A stretch of 59,541 bases of DNA from Anaerolineae bacterium (GCA_036172345.1 JASFBB010000034.1:1-59541), one strand, 5' to 3'; positions 36,185 to 45,788 are shown, counted from the stretch's first letter. Notes: generated from the letters alone by a model not told the origin. A program made the numbers and translations.

Positions 36185-37444
36185 ATGAACGAACATCATG
36201 AGGCAACCCTACGACGTCATGCTGAGAATCGCCAGGCAGATGAACGCTACCTGCATCGCTATATGGAGACACAATGCGTTCACGCCGGTGAACGATGGGA
36301 GAAATATGACTTTTGGAGCTCCAGCACACCCATCTATAATGCCACCACCTTCCTCTACGACGGTTATGCCCAGCTGGAAGATCGCCTCTTTTACCGAAAA
36401 CCGGGCTACGTCTACTCACGTGAGGGGTCGCCGACGAGCACCGCTTTAGAACGTGCTATTTCCACTCTCGAAGGTGCTGAGACAACCCATGTGTGTGCTT
36501 CGGGGATGGCTGCCAGCCATCTGGCGCTGCTCGCCGCTGGTGCCGGCGCGCAAGGCGGCATCCTCTGCTCCAGCGACGTGTACGGCAGCGTGTATACTAT
36601 GGTGGAAAATGTATTTCCTCATCTTGGTGCACCCACTGCCTTTGCTGACTTCACCGATCTCAATCGGCTAGAGGATGCCATACGTGCGTTCAGACCACGG
36701 GTGGTTTATTTCGAAGTAATGACCAATCCACTGACCAAAATCATCGATGCGCTGGCCGTGATAGAGATGGCGCACCGTTACGGAGCACGTGTGGTGGTGG
36801 ATAACACCTTCACTACCCCTTACCTCATGAAACCCTTCCAGATAGGTGCCGACTTTGTGGTTCACAGTGTCAGCAAATTCCTCTCCGGGCACGGAGATGT
36901 TCTGGCCGGGTCTGTGAGTTGTGCCAAAGAGGACTTTGATGCGCTCCATTCATTGCTGGCGCAAGTAGGTTGTCCTTTGGGCCCTAATGAAGCTTGGCTT
37001 GCATTACGAGGTCTGAAAACATTTGCGCTCCGCATGGAGCGCCACTGTGCGAATGCCCAAGAGATTGCACGCTTTCTGGCTGCACACCCACTAGTGGAAC
37101 AAGTACGCTATGCAGGCTTGCCCGATCACCCCCAGCACCCCATCGCCCAGCGCATTTTCGCGCCAGGACGCTATGGTGCTATGCTGAGTTTCAACGTTGC
37201 CAACTGCGACCAAGAGCGCGCGGTACGCTTTCTCGATGCGTTGCGCATTATCCTGCCTGCCACCACGTTGGGAGATTGTTACTCGCTCATCGTCAACCCA
37301 GCCACCAGCACCCACCGCTGGTTGGGCGCGGAACGGCTGGCTGCGCTGGGCATTCTGCCAGGCACATTTCGTATGTCGGTGGGACTGGAGCACGTCGCTG
37401 ACCTACAAGACGACCTTGATCAAGCACTGCACGCCATTCAATGA
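36185..37444 (+). CDS. PLP-dependent Cys/Met-metabolism enzyme (cystathionine gamma-synthase / methionine gamma-lyase family)
   Basis: 419 aa with 'YSREGSPTSTALERAISTLEG', 'VVVDNTFTTPY' and the PLP-Lys motif 'HSVSKFLSGHGD'. Confidence 0.85.
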   Translation: MNEHHEATLRRHAENRQADERYLHRYMETQCVHAGERWEKYDFWSSSTPIYNATTFLYDGYAQLEDRLFYRKPGYVYSREGSPTSTALERAISTLEGAETTHVCASGMAASHLALLAAGAGAQGGILCSSDVYGSVYTMVENVFPHLGAPTAFADFTDLNRLEDAIRAFRPRVVYFEVMTNPLTKIIDALAVIEMAHRYGARVVVDNTFTTPYLMKPFQIGADFVVHSVSKFLSGHGDVLAGSVSCAKEDFDALHSLLAQVGCPLGPNEAWLALRGLKTFALRMERHCANAQEIARFLAAHPLVEQVRYAGLPDHPQHPIAQRIFAPGRYGAMLSFNVANCDQERAVRFLDALRIILPATTLGDCYSLIVNPATSTHRWLGAERLAALGILPGTFRMSVGLEHVADLQDDLDQALHAIQ

Positions 37445-37501
37445 AATTTAAAAACCGAACATAAGACACAAGCCCACCTGCAGACGACAGCGTTGGGATC
37501 A

Positions 37502-38857
37502 TCATCTCGACACGCGCAGGCGTGCTATCACTTGCAGCACGGGTTCCAGGTCGTGTAGTGCACGCTGTGCTAATGCCCTATAACGCTCACGTTTGCGTCT
37601 CGGGGGACGTTCCAATAGGGGCAAGAGGCCGAAGTTGGCCTTCATAGGCTGAAAACGTTCAGGGTCTGCCCGGGTCAGGTAGAGCAGTAAGGCGCCTGTC
37701 ATAGTGGTGTTTGGGAACTCCAACGGGGGCAGTCCTCGCAAATAACAAACGGCGTTCAGTCCGGCCACCAGACCGGTCAGTGCACTGCCTACGTATCCCT
37801 CGCTGCCGGTGATCTGTCCCGCCAGCCACACAGGTGCACTACGCTCCGCCAGGAGTGTGCGTATGCGCAGTGAACTGTCCAGCACACGCGGCGCATTGAC
37901 AAAGGTGTTGCGATGCATCTGTCCGAAGCGCACGAATTCTGCTCGTTCCAGCCCTGGGATCAGCCGAAAGACGCGTTCTTGTTCCGACCAACGCAGGTTG
38001 GTTTGAAAACCTACCATGTCATATAAGCTCGCTGCCAGATTGTCCTGGCGCAATTGTACTACGGCGAAGGGCTGTTGCCCTGTGCGTGGGTCAATCAATC
38101 CCACCGGCCGCAATGGACCATATCGCAGAGCATCGCGTCCCCGTGCAGCCAGTACCTCCACTGGCAAGCATGCTTCAAAGAAACGCGCGTCGGACTGCTC
38201 AAAATCGCGCAGTGGAATGCGCTCCGCAGAGAGTAAAGCGTCCAGGAAGCGGTTGTACTCCGCCTCTGTCATAGGACAGTTGATGTAATCACCCTCTTCG
38301 TGCTCACCGCGTCTATAACGACTGGCACGAAAAGCGATTTCCATATTGACTGAGTCTGCAGCGACAATGGGTGCCATAGCATCGAAAAAGTACAAGTTTT
38401 CCTCGCCAGTAAGCCGCACGAGTGAGTGTGCCAGCGCGTCCGTAGTAAGTGGCCCGCTGGCGACAATGACAGGCACATCTGGGATCAAAGTTGCTTCGGC
38501 ACGCTGCACACAAATGCGCGGATGCGTTGTAATGCACGCGGTAACCGCTGCTGCGAAGCGCTCACGGTCGACCGCTAATGCTCCCCCCGCCGGCAGCGCG
38601 GTACGTTCCGCTTGTGTGATGATCAGCGACCCCATGCGGCGCATCTCTTCTTTGAGTAACCCTAATGCACGATCAATCGCCCGGGCACCGAGTGAATTGG
38701 AACACACCAGCTCAGCCAATTGATCAGTCACATGTGCAGGTGTGTGGCGCAGCGGGCGCATTTCGACCAGCGTGACGCGGATGCCGCAGCAAGCTGCCTG
38801 CCAAGCTGCTTCACAACCTGCCAGACCTCCACCAATGACCATCAAATCGTATCCCAT
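37502..38857 (-). CDS. trmFO: methylenetetrahydrofolate-tRNA-(uracil54-C5)-methyltransferase
   Basis: 451 aa with '[16 protein letters not shown]', 'LVCSNSLG' and '[10 protein letters not shown]'. Confidence 0.92.
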   Translation of the reverse strand: MGYDLMVIGGGLAGCEAAWQAACCGIRVTLVEMRPLRHTPAHVTDQLAELVCSNSLGARAIDRALGLLKEEMRRMGSLIITQAERTALPAGGALAVDRERFAAAVTACITTHPRICVQRAEATLIPDVPVIVASGPLTTDALAHSLVRLTGEENLYFFDAMAPIVAADSVNMEIAFRASRYRRGEHEEGDYINCPMTEAEYNRFLDALLSAERIPLRDFEQSDARFFEACLPVEVLAARGRDALRYGPLRPVGLIDPRTGQQPFAVVQLRQDNLAASLYDMVGFQTNLRWSEQERVFRLIPGLERAEFVRFGQMHRNTFVNAPRVLDSSLRIRTLLAERSAPVWLAGQITGSEGYVGSALTGLVAGLNAVCYLRGLPPLEFPNTTMTGALLLYLTRADPERFQPMKANFGLLPLLERPPRRKRERYRALAQRALHDLEPVLQVIARLRVSR

Positions 38858-38905
38858 AATAATATGCTCTCATTCATAACGACCCGGATTTTCTGCTTCT
38901 CAGTC

Positions 38906-38914
38906 ATTGTAGCA
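38906..38914 (-). promoter_or_regulatory. candidate extended -10 promoter of trmFO
   Basis: Minus strand reads TGCTACAAT, about 48 nt upstream of ATG 38857. Confidence 0.35.
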
Positions 38915-38982
38915 CAAGACACGTGATAGAAGCCCGTTTCTTGCTCGTCGATATCGTAGCAATATGGAATCAGGCAATCCAC

Positions 38983-39072
38983 GAGGGTGTCGAAAAAGTC
39001 TCTTGGCCGCTCAGATTTTATTAGGAAAATAGGCCAATAAAGAAGGTAACTAAAATGTTTTTCAACACCCTC
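38983..39072. repeat. 90-nt nested inverted repeat between divergent trmFO and rodZ promoters
   Basis: Outer arms are GAGGGTGTCGAAAAA (38983-38997) and TTTTTCAACACCCTC (39058-39072). They match 14/15; the odd pair is C/A on the plus strand, which is G-U on the minus strand. Inner arms are TTGGCC (39003-39008) and GGCCAA (39032-39037). Confidence 0.6.
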
Positions 39073-39084
39073 AATCCACTTGCC

Positions 39085-39113
39085 TTGACTTTTGCTTCCG
39101 GTCGTTTTATGCT
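39085..39113 (+). promoter_or_regulatory. candidate rodZ promoter
   Basis: TTGACT (39085-39090), 17 nt, TATGCT (39108-39113). Confidence 0.45.
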
Positions 39114-39150
39114 AAAACCTTGTTCGCATGACTGAAAATAGGGGTGATGG

Positions 39151-39978
39151 GTGAAAGAGCTGGGTGATTTGTTGCGCCGTTCACGTGAGGAGCTGGGCTT
39201 GAGTTTAGAGGATGTCCAGACCATCACGTGCATTCAGCGCCGCTACTTGGAAGCTCTGGAGCGGGAGCAATTCGAGGAGTTACCCGATCCTGTGGTAGGG
39301 CGTGGCTTTCTGCGCAGCTATGCTTCTGTGCTCAAGCTGGATCCGGAAGTTCTGGTGGGTATGTTTGACGGCCTCACACGCCCTATGGAAGCACCAGACG
39401 ACGGCGCAATGTTGTCTGAGAAGGGGATCTTATATAAGGACATTCCCATAGGCCCCTCTGTTCGTACCCCAAGTGACTTTCTGGTGGGCATCTTGGTGGT
39501 TTTGGTCGTGGTTGGTGGCTTGGTAGGCGCCTTCTACGTTTTTCAGGGACAGCTGTCACTCTTTTTAGAGGAAGCCAGGGAGGCGGTGCTTCCCACCGAG
39601 GACGCCGTATTTATTTTACCAACCCCTACCCCTCTGCCCACCTACACACCGACCCCCACCAACACGCCCACCCCCATCTATTACACTGGTGTCACGGTAG
39701 AGCTGCGCATCACTGAGGAGTCCTGGGTACAGGTGTTTGTGGATGGAATTAAAGAGTTCGAGGGCATCCTGCGACCGGGTGAGGAAAAACATTGGAACGG
39801 CCAGAAGCAGGTAGCCGTGCGTGTTGGCAATGCTGGTGGTGTAGAAGCGATTGTTAACGGAGAGTCGAAGGGGCGCATGGGACAACGCGGGCAGGTGGTG
39901 GATCAGATATGGGAAAAAGTCGACGAAGGTTCTCCCTTGCTTCTCACTCCTAAGCCAACCTTCCCCAATACGCCATAA
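39151..39978 (+). CDS. rodZ: RodZ-like cytoskeleton protein (HTH + TM + DUF4115)
   Basis: GTG start. HTH 'LGDLLRRSREELGLSLEDVQTITCIQRRYLEALE', TM 'FLVGILVVLVVVGGLVGAFYVF', a TP linker, and C-terminal 'ESWVQVFVDG...VRVGNAGGVEAIVNG'. Confidence 0.8.
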   Translation: MKELGDLLRRSREELGLSLEDVQTITCIQRRYLEALEREQFEELPDPVVGRGFLRSYASVLKLDPEVLVGMFDGLTRPMEAPDDGAMLSEKGILYKDIPIGPSVRTPSDFLVGILVVLVVVGGLVGAFYVFQGQLSLFLEEAREAVLPTEDAVFILPTPTPLPTYTPTPTNTPTPIYYTGVTVELRITEESWVQVFVDGIKEFEGILRPGEEKHWNGQKQVAVRVGNAGGVEAIVNGESKGRMGQRGQVVDQIWEKVDEGSPLLLTPKPTFPNTP

Positions 39979-40105
39979 GATCTACCGTTCCCACTTATTA
40001 TATCTCCTACTATAAGAGCACGTCCCCGATCAGATTTGCTGAGATCTATCTCAATTTTATGATATTTCAGAAATTTATGAAATATTTGAACGATTGTGCA
40101 TATAA

Positions 40106-40134
40106 TTGACATATGTGCAAGTCGGTGCTATACT
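40106..40134 (+). promoter_or_regulatory. strong promoter of the sugar ABC / kinase / E1-E2 cluster
   Basis: TTGACA (40106-40111), 17 nt, TATACT (40129-40134), in an AT-rich 400-nt gap. The leader to ATG 40382 is about 240 nt. Confidence 0.55.
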
Positions 40135-40381
40135 TAGTCATGATAAACCGTGCCTCAAGGCACCTTCGGCTGACACAGGAAAGTTGCATCGAGGCATTGT
40201 CACACTGCATTTTCCGAAAGGAATGGAAAGGGGGTGATGTGCAACACAACACGTACACGATATGGAGCACCCCATCCAAATCAGTAACCTTCGTATTTTG
40301 TTTTGCAAATCGCAAAGGAAATCTGCAACAGCTAACTCTCTAATCACAATTCAATGAGGAACGGAAAGGGGGACATATTTT

Positions 40382-41476
40382 ATGTCAAAAGTAACACGTC
40401 GTGAGTTTCTGGTAGCCAGCGCCCTGGGCGCTGCAGGGTTGGCATTCTCCAACTCAGTGACATCAGTATTTGCGAGAAATCCCTTCGCCCACGTGCGACC
40501 TGACGTGCCGCGCCAGAAGAAAGAACTCAAAATCGCCTATCTATGCCAGCAGCTCTCAGCGCAGAGCAATCAGCGTGTCAAAGCAGGTTTTGAGAATTGG
40601 TTGAAGGCATCTGGCCTTCCCTGGGATGTCACTGTGACCGATGCAAAGGGGGATCCGGGGCAGCTCTCGGCCACGATCGAAGATGCCGTCTCGCGCGGTG
40701 TCGATGCCATCATTGTCACCTTCGGCACGCTGACCGCTGCCCAGGGAGCTCTGCAGGCGGTCGCCAAGGCAGGCATTCCAATGTTATCGGTGGACTCCGG
40801 CTATTACCCACCCGCCATCTGCGACATTGCCTCCAACAACTACGTGATGGGTTCTCATATGACCTCCTACCTGGTGCAACGCTTGCTAGGCGAGGGTAAG
40901 ACCGAAGCGAACATCTGCACCATCACGGCCAACTTCCACCATGGAACGCGCAAGCGTGGCAAAGTGCGGGATGCGGTTCTCTCGGAGAACGAGAACATCA
41001 AGGTGCTGGCCGATCAGGTTATCCAATACGAAGGTTTCTTCGAGACGACACTCAACACGGTGAACGACTGGATCAACCGTTATGGTGAGGACATTGATGC
41101 CATCTGGTGTCCGTGGGATGAGCCAGCTCAAGCCGCGGCGCAGGCGCTGGTCAGCCAAGGTATGACCGTCAAGGATGCGTTCGTAGTCGGTGCAGATGGC
41201 CACCCCCCTGCCGTAGAAGAGATGCGCAACCCGGATTACCCACTGGTGGCCACGCCGGCACAGGCTTTCGAGCTGTGGGGTGCTCTAGCCGGCTCCTTCG
41301 TGGACGAGATCGTGGGCAAAGGGCGGCCTGCCAAGGAAGTGGTGCCGGTGCCTCAGGTGGACTTCCCGGCGCCCTTCATCGTAAAAGGTGTTAACATGCC
41401 GCCTGAGGGCAAGATGCCGTGGGAGACGGTCGACTTCTATCAGCTCTTCTTCGAACAAGCGATGATCAAGGAATAA
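40382..41476 (+). CDS. sugar ABC transporter substrate-binding protein (type I PBP, RbsB-like) with Tat-type signal
   Basis: 'MSKVTRREFLVASALGAAGLAFS' is a twin-Arg signal, followed by a periplasmic-binding-protein fold pattern. Confidence 0.85.
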   Translation: MSKVTRREFLVASALGAAGLAFSNSVTSVFARNPFAHVRPDVPRQKKELKIAYLCQQLSAQSNQRVKAGFENWLKASGLPWDVTVTDAKGDPGQLSATIEDAVSRGVDAIIVTFGTLTAAQGALQAVAKAGIPMLSVDSGYYPPAICDIASNNYVMGSHMTSYLVQRLLGEGKTEANICTITANFHHGTRKRGKVRDAVLSENENIKVLADQVIQYEGFFETTLNTVNDWINRYGEDIDAIWCPWDEPAQAAAQALVSQGMTVKDAFVVGADGHPPAVEEMRNPDYPLVATPAQAFELWGALAGSFVDEIVGKGRPAKEVVPVPQVDFPAPFIVKGVNMPPEGKMPWETVDFYQLFFEQAMIKE

Positions 41477-41531
41477 GTTGGCATCAGCCATCCACATCGC
41501 AAGTGAGAGATGTTCAGTTACTGATCAGCAC

Positions 41532-41571
41532 AAACGGTCGCTTGCCAACTACCCCTTGGCGGCGACCGTTT
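41532..41571 (+). promoter_or_regulatory. intercistronic stem-loop between SBP and ATPase genes
   Basis: AAACGGTCGC (41532-41541) pairs perfectly with GCGACCGTTT (41562-41571). An inner 5-bp stem is GCCAA/TTGGC with a 7-nt loop. Confidence 0.55.
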
Positions 41572-41597
41572 CACACGCTTGGGAGACTACCTCAGAG

Positions 41598-43121
41598 ATG
41601 GCACTTCTAGAAGCATGTGACATCGTCAAAACCTATCCAGGGGTGCGGGCGCTTGACTATGTGGATTTTGTTTTGGAGCGTGCCCAAATCCACGCCTTGG
41701 TGGGGATGAACGGGGCTGGCAAATCCACCTTGGTCAAAGTCATCGCTGGCGCAGAGAAACCCGATCACGGTTCCATCTTTCTCGATGACCAGCTCCTGCA
41801 TCTGAGTCACGCGCGCGATGCCGCCCAACATGGCATCGTGGTCGTTCATCAGGAGCGCACCCTGATCCGCCACTTGTCGGTTGCTGAAAATATTCTGCTG
41901 GGTATTGAGCCCTCGCAGCTGGGATTTATCAATAACCAATTGTTACACCAACGCGCCCGTGAACTTCTAGAAAACTTGGGCATCGGAGATTTGGACATCG
42001 ACGCCGATGTCGAAAAGCTCGGCGCGGGTAAGCAACAACTAGTGGATATCGCGCGCGCTCTGCGTACTTCTCCTAAAGTGATCGTGTTAGACGAACCTAC
42101 AGCCTCCCTTTCCGCAGGTGAGACAGAGCACTTGTTCGACACGTTGCGCCGTTTTAAGGAACGTGGCGTGGGGATCATTTTCGTCTCACATCACCTGGAT
42201 GAAGTGTTCGAGATAGCGGACTATATCACCATTCTGCGAGATGGCAAAGTGGTCAGCACAGGACCCATCACCGCCTATAAGCCGGAAGACGTGCCGCGGT
42301 TGATTGTGGGGCGTGAGATTGCCGAGACAACCTCTGATTACGTGGATGCCACAAGCGGACCAGTCTTACTGGAAGTACGCAATCTATGGGGCGAAGGGTT
42401 TTCTGACGTGTCCCTGAAAGTCCACGCTGGAGAAGTTGTGGGTCTGGCGGGTGTTGTCGGAGCCGGCCGCACGGAACTGTTGGAGAGCTTAGTGGGCTAT
42501 CGGGATGTGCGGAGTGGTACAGTTCTGATCAAAGGAAAAACCGAACGCATCCGCACCCCGCAACAAGCCATACACAATGGGCTTGTCTTAGTGCCCGAAA
42601 AGCGTATGGAAAAGGGGCTGATGATGCGCCTGGATGTGCTGGAAAATCTCACGGTGGTCTGTCTGCCTGTTCACTCCCCTGGCGGGATCGTCTCGGAACA
42701 AGGCCTCCGACAAGTGGCCAGCAATATTGTCAAGCGGCTAGGTATCGTCACCCCCAGCTTGCGCACCAATGTGGGTAACTTGAGCGGTGGCAATAAGCAG
42801 AAAGTCGTGTTCGGCAAATGGTTGGCCGCCGGTGAAGACGTGCAAGGTAAGGTTTTCCTACTCGACGAGCCGACAGAAGGGATCGACGTGGGCGCGCGTG
42901 CCGAGATGTGGAATATCATTCGAGGTCTCGCTGCACAAGGTGCCGGTGTCGTGGTCGCTACGTCCGACTTAGAGGAGCTGATGGTATTGGCAGATCGCAT
43001 TTATATTATGCGCGCCGGCAGGGTGGTCCGTTCGGGCAGACGCCCTGACTTTACCCAGGAGACTGTCCTGCAACATATGTTAGGGGCAGTAGAAGCTACT
43101 GCCGCCCAGAACTACCCTTAA
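41598..43121 (+). CDS. sugar ABC transporter ATP-binding protein (duplicated ATPase, RbsA/MglA-like)
   Basis: Start placed at ATG 41598 ('MALLEACDIVKTYPGVRAL'). The upstream part of the ORF contains a strong stem-loop. Motifs: 'GMNGAGKST', 'LSAGE', 'VLDEPT', 'LSGGNKQK', 'LLDEPTEGID'. Confidence 0.9.
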   Translation: MALLEACDIVKTYPGVRALDYVDFVLERAQIHALVGMNGAGKSTLVKVIAGAEKPDHGSIFLDDQLLHLSHARDAAQHGIVVVHQERTLIRHLSVAENILLGIEPSQLGFINNQLLHQRARELLENLGIGDLDIDADVEKLGAGKQQLVDIARALRTSPKVIVLDEPTASLSAGETEHLFDTLRRFKERGVGIIFVSHHLDEVFEIADYITILRDGKVVSTGPITAYKPEDVPRLIVGREIAETTSDYVDATSGPVLLEVRNLWGEGFSDVSLKVHAGEVVGLAGVVGAGRTELLESLVGYRDVRSGTVLIKGKTERIRTPQQAIHNGLVLVPEKRMEKGLMMRLDVLENLTVVCLPVHSPGGIVSEQGLRQVASNIVKRLGIVTPSLRTNVGNLSGGNKQKVVFGKWLAAGEDVQGKVFLLDEPTEGIDVGARAEMWNIIRGLAAQGAGVVVATSDLEELMVLADRIYIMRAGRVVRSGRRPDFTQETVLQHMLGAVEATAAQNYP

Positions 43122-43156
43122 TCTTGGATTCCCGAATGTACCAGGAGGAAGCTGTT

Positions 43157-44149
43157 ATGAAAGCGGAGCAAGCCCCAACGGCAGGGAAGCTAAGAGCACC
43201 TGCAATCGATTGGGAGGATTTCATCGCTCGATACGGCACCGTATTAGCCTTAGTAGCAGTTTTTGTGGCTTTCTGGATACTGGAAGGTCGCTTCGTAAGC
43301 GGACGCAATCTGCTCAACATTCTGCGCCAGGTTTCCACATTGGCCGTAGTAGCAGGCGGCCTGACCATCTGTGTGGCAGCAGGTGAATTCGACCTCTCTG
43401 TTGGAACAGTTGCCAGCTTGGCAGGTATCCTAGTGGCCGGATTGATGGTGCGCCAGGAGCAAACTTTCGAGGTGGCACTCGCAATTGCCCTGTTGTCTGG
43501 AGCTGCCTTCGGGACATTATTTGGTTTTATCGTCACCGTATTTCGCGTGCCCTCACTGATTGCTACGATTGGGGGCTCCTCCATCGCGTTAGGGGTGAAC
43601 TTCGCATACGCCGGTGGTGACTCCATCTATGGACAGATGCCAGCCACCTTCAAATTCATCGGCCAGGGATTCGTTGGGGTCGTGCCATTTGCCGTCATCC
43701 TCGCTTTAGCAATATTGTTAGTCCAGTACCTTTTCCTAAACAAAACACGCGCCGGGCGTTATGTAATTGCCACGGGCGCCAATCCCAAAGCGGCCAAGCT
43801 CAGCGGCATTAACACAGAACGATACCGCTTTTTGGGCTTGGTGTGCAGTGGATTCTTCGCAGCTCTGGCAGGTGTTATGTTAACATCTTACCTGGGCTCT
43901 GCCCAACCCCAAGGGGCAGATCCATACACGATGGACGCACTGGCAGCCGTGTTCCTAGGCATGACCACTATTAAGCGTGGTCAAGCTAACATTCTCGGCA
44001 CCCTTGTTGGAGTGTTGACGTTGGGCATCATCAACAATGGCCTCAATATGGTAGGAGCTCCCTTCTACCTGCAAAACATGGTGCGTGGAGGCATTTTGAT
44101 CTTCGCGGTCTTGCTCGCCGTGCGGCGCGAGGAAATCCGCTTCTTCTAA
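43157..44149 (+). CDS. sugar ABC transporter permease (RbsC-like)
   Basis: Polytopic membrane protein. ATG 43157 is preceded by AGGAGG. The ORF-track start at 43124 is an upstream TTG. Confidence 0.88.
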   Translation: MKAEQAPTAGKLRAPAIDWEDFIARYGTVLALVAVFVAFWILEGRFVSGRNLLNILRQVSTLAVVAGGLTICVAAGEFDLSVGTVASLAGILVAGLMVRQEQTFEVALAIALLSGAAFGTLFGFIVTVFRVPSLIATIGGSSIALGVNFAYAGGDSIYGQMPATFKFIGQGFVGVVPFAVILALAILLVQYLFLNKTRAGRYVIATGANPKAAKLSGINTERYRFLGLVCSGFFAALAGVMLTSYLGSAQPQGADPYTMDALAAVFLGMTTIKRGQANILGTLVGVLTLGIINNGLNMVGAPFYLQNMVRGGILIFAVLLAVRREEIRFF

Positions 44150-44201
44150 AGCGAGTGAGATCCCAAAAGGCCTTCATATCCTACTAGCCAAGGAGGATCG
44201 C

Positions 44202-45761
44202 GTGGCAGATCAACACTTTATCGGGATCGACTGTGGCACAGAGAGCGCACGTGCCGCCATCTTTGACCTACAGGGGAAGATGATCGCCTCTGAGGCGGTC
44301 CCTTACCCGGTATATCACCCTCACCCAGGATGGGCAGAACAAAACCCAGAGGAATGGTGGTCGGCCATAGTTACTGCTGTGAGAAGGACGATTGAGAAGT
44401 CAAGGTTGCATCCGCATTCTATCGTGGGCATCAGCGGCGATTTCACCAGCTGCACGGTGGTTTTTATGGATGAACAATTTCAACCGCTGCGCTCGGCCAT
44501 CATCTGGATGGACGTGCGCGCCGCCGATCAGGCGAGGCGCATTGCCGCAAGCGGGTATGACGCCCTCAAATACAACGGATACGGTAATGTGTCGGCTGAG
44601 TGGATGCCGTGCAAGGCACTCTGGGTTAAAGAAAACGAACCAGATATCTGGGCGAAGGCACGCTACGTGGGTGAGTATGTAGACTGGTTTATGCACCGCC
44701 TGACCGGTGAATGGGTAGGCAGCATTAATAATACCAGCATTCGCTGGTATTACGATCGCAACACCGGGGGCTTCCCAACGGACTTCTATGAGGGCATCGG
44801 ACTGGGTGATCTGCTAGCCAAGTTCCCCAAACGCATCCTCAACCTCGGCGAAGTGGTTGGCACACTGCGACCCGAAGCGGCCCAAGAGCTGGGACTTAGA
44901 GCCGGTATCCCAGTCGCGCAAGGCGGTGCCGATGCCTATATCGCGATGCTCGGATTGGATGTGGTCGAACCAGGTAAAATGGCTTTCATTGTGGGTTCTT
45001 CCCATCTGCTCTTAGGGCAATCAGCTCATCAGTTCCACGGCAAGGGCGTTTTTGGTGCTTATACGGATTGCCTCATTCCTGGTCAATATACGGTGGAGGG
45101 AGGCCAAATTTCGACCGGATCGGTGGTGCGCTGGTTCCGGGATAACTTTGCCGGCAATCATGTACAAAAGGCTCAAGCTTTGGGAGTCAGCGCCTACGAC
45201 CTCCTCACCGAGGAGGCCGCTAAACTCCCTCCCGGCTCGGATGGATTGATTGTGCTGGACTACTGGCAGGGCAATCGAACTCCCTACGTCGATCCGGAAG
45301 CGCGAGGGATGATCTGGGGATTCACCCTGTCTCACACGCCCGCTCATGTGTTCCGAGCGATCATTGAAGGCATCGCCTACGGTACAGAGCACATCTTGCG
45401 CACGACGCGCCAATATGGCTACACCGCTCACGAGCTGGTGGCATCGGGCGGACCCACTAAGAGCAAATTGTGGATGCAAATCCATGCAGATGTGAGCAAC
45501 GTACCGATATCGTTAACCGAAGCAGGGGCATCTGCAGCTGTGTTGGGAGCCGCCATTTGCGCGGCCGTGGGCTGTGGCGCTTACCCCAGCCTGGCGGCTG
45601 CTTCCAAGGCGATGGTGCGTGTGACGGAACGCATTGTACCTGACCTCGCTGCCCACGAAGCGTATCAGTTTTTCGTAGACAAGTACATCAACACCTATCC
45701 TCAGATGCGTGACCTGATGCACGAGATGACCCGGCATATCGCGCGGCAAGCTCATCGATAA
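44202..45761 (+). CDS. FGGY-family pentulose/ribulokinase-like carbohydrate kinase
   Basis: 519 aa with a GTG start after AAGGAGG. Motifs: 'FIGIDCGTESARAAIFD', 'GWAEQNPEEWW', 'RAIIEGIAYG', 'ASGGPTKSKLWMQIHADV'. Confidence 0.88.
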   Translation: MADQHFIGIDCGTESARAAIFDLQGKMIASEAVPYPVYHPHPGWAEQNPEEWWSAIVTAVRRTIEKSRLHPHSIVGISGDFTSCTVVFMDEQFQPLRSAIIWMDVRAADQARRIAASGYDALKYNGYGNVSAEWMPCKALWVKENEPDIWAKARYVGEYVDWFMHRLTGEWVGSINNTSIRWYYDRNTGGFPTDFYEGIGLGDLLAKFPKRILNLGEVVGTLRPEAAQELGLRAGIPVAQGGADAYIAMLGLDVVEPGKMAFIVGSSHLLLGQSAHQFHGKGVFGAYTDCLIPGQYTVEGGQISTGSVVRWFRDNFAGNHVQKAQALGVSAYDLLTEEAAKLPPGSDGLIVLDYWQGNRTPYVDPEARGMIWGFTLSHTPAHVFRAIIEGIAYGTEHILRTTRQYGYTAHELVASGGPTKSKLWMQIHADVSNVPISLTEAGASAAVLGAAICAAVGCGAYPSLAAASKAMVRVTERIVPDLAAHEAYQFFVDKYINTYPQMRDLMHEMTRHIARQAHR

Positions 45762-45788
45762 CGCACGAAAGAAGAGGACACCAATACT

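Noticed and set aside
40067-40347. Three 69-82-aa ORFs in the AT-rich gap before the sugar SBP gene
   Set aside because: They overlap one another on both strands and lack SD sites. They also sit across a near-consensus promoter and its leader.
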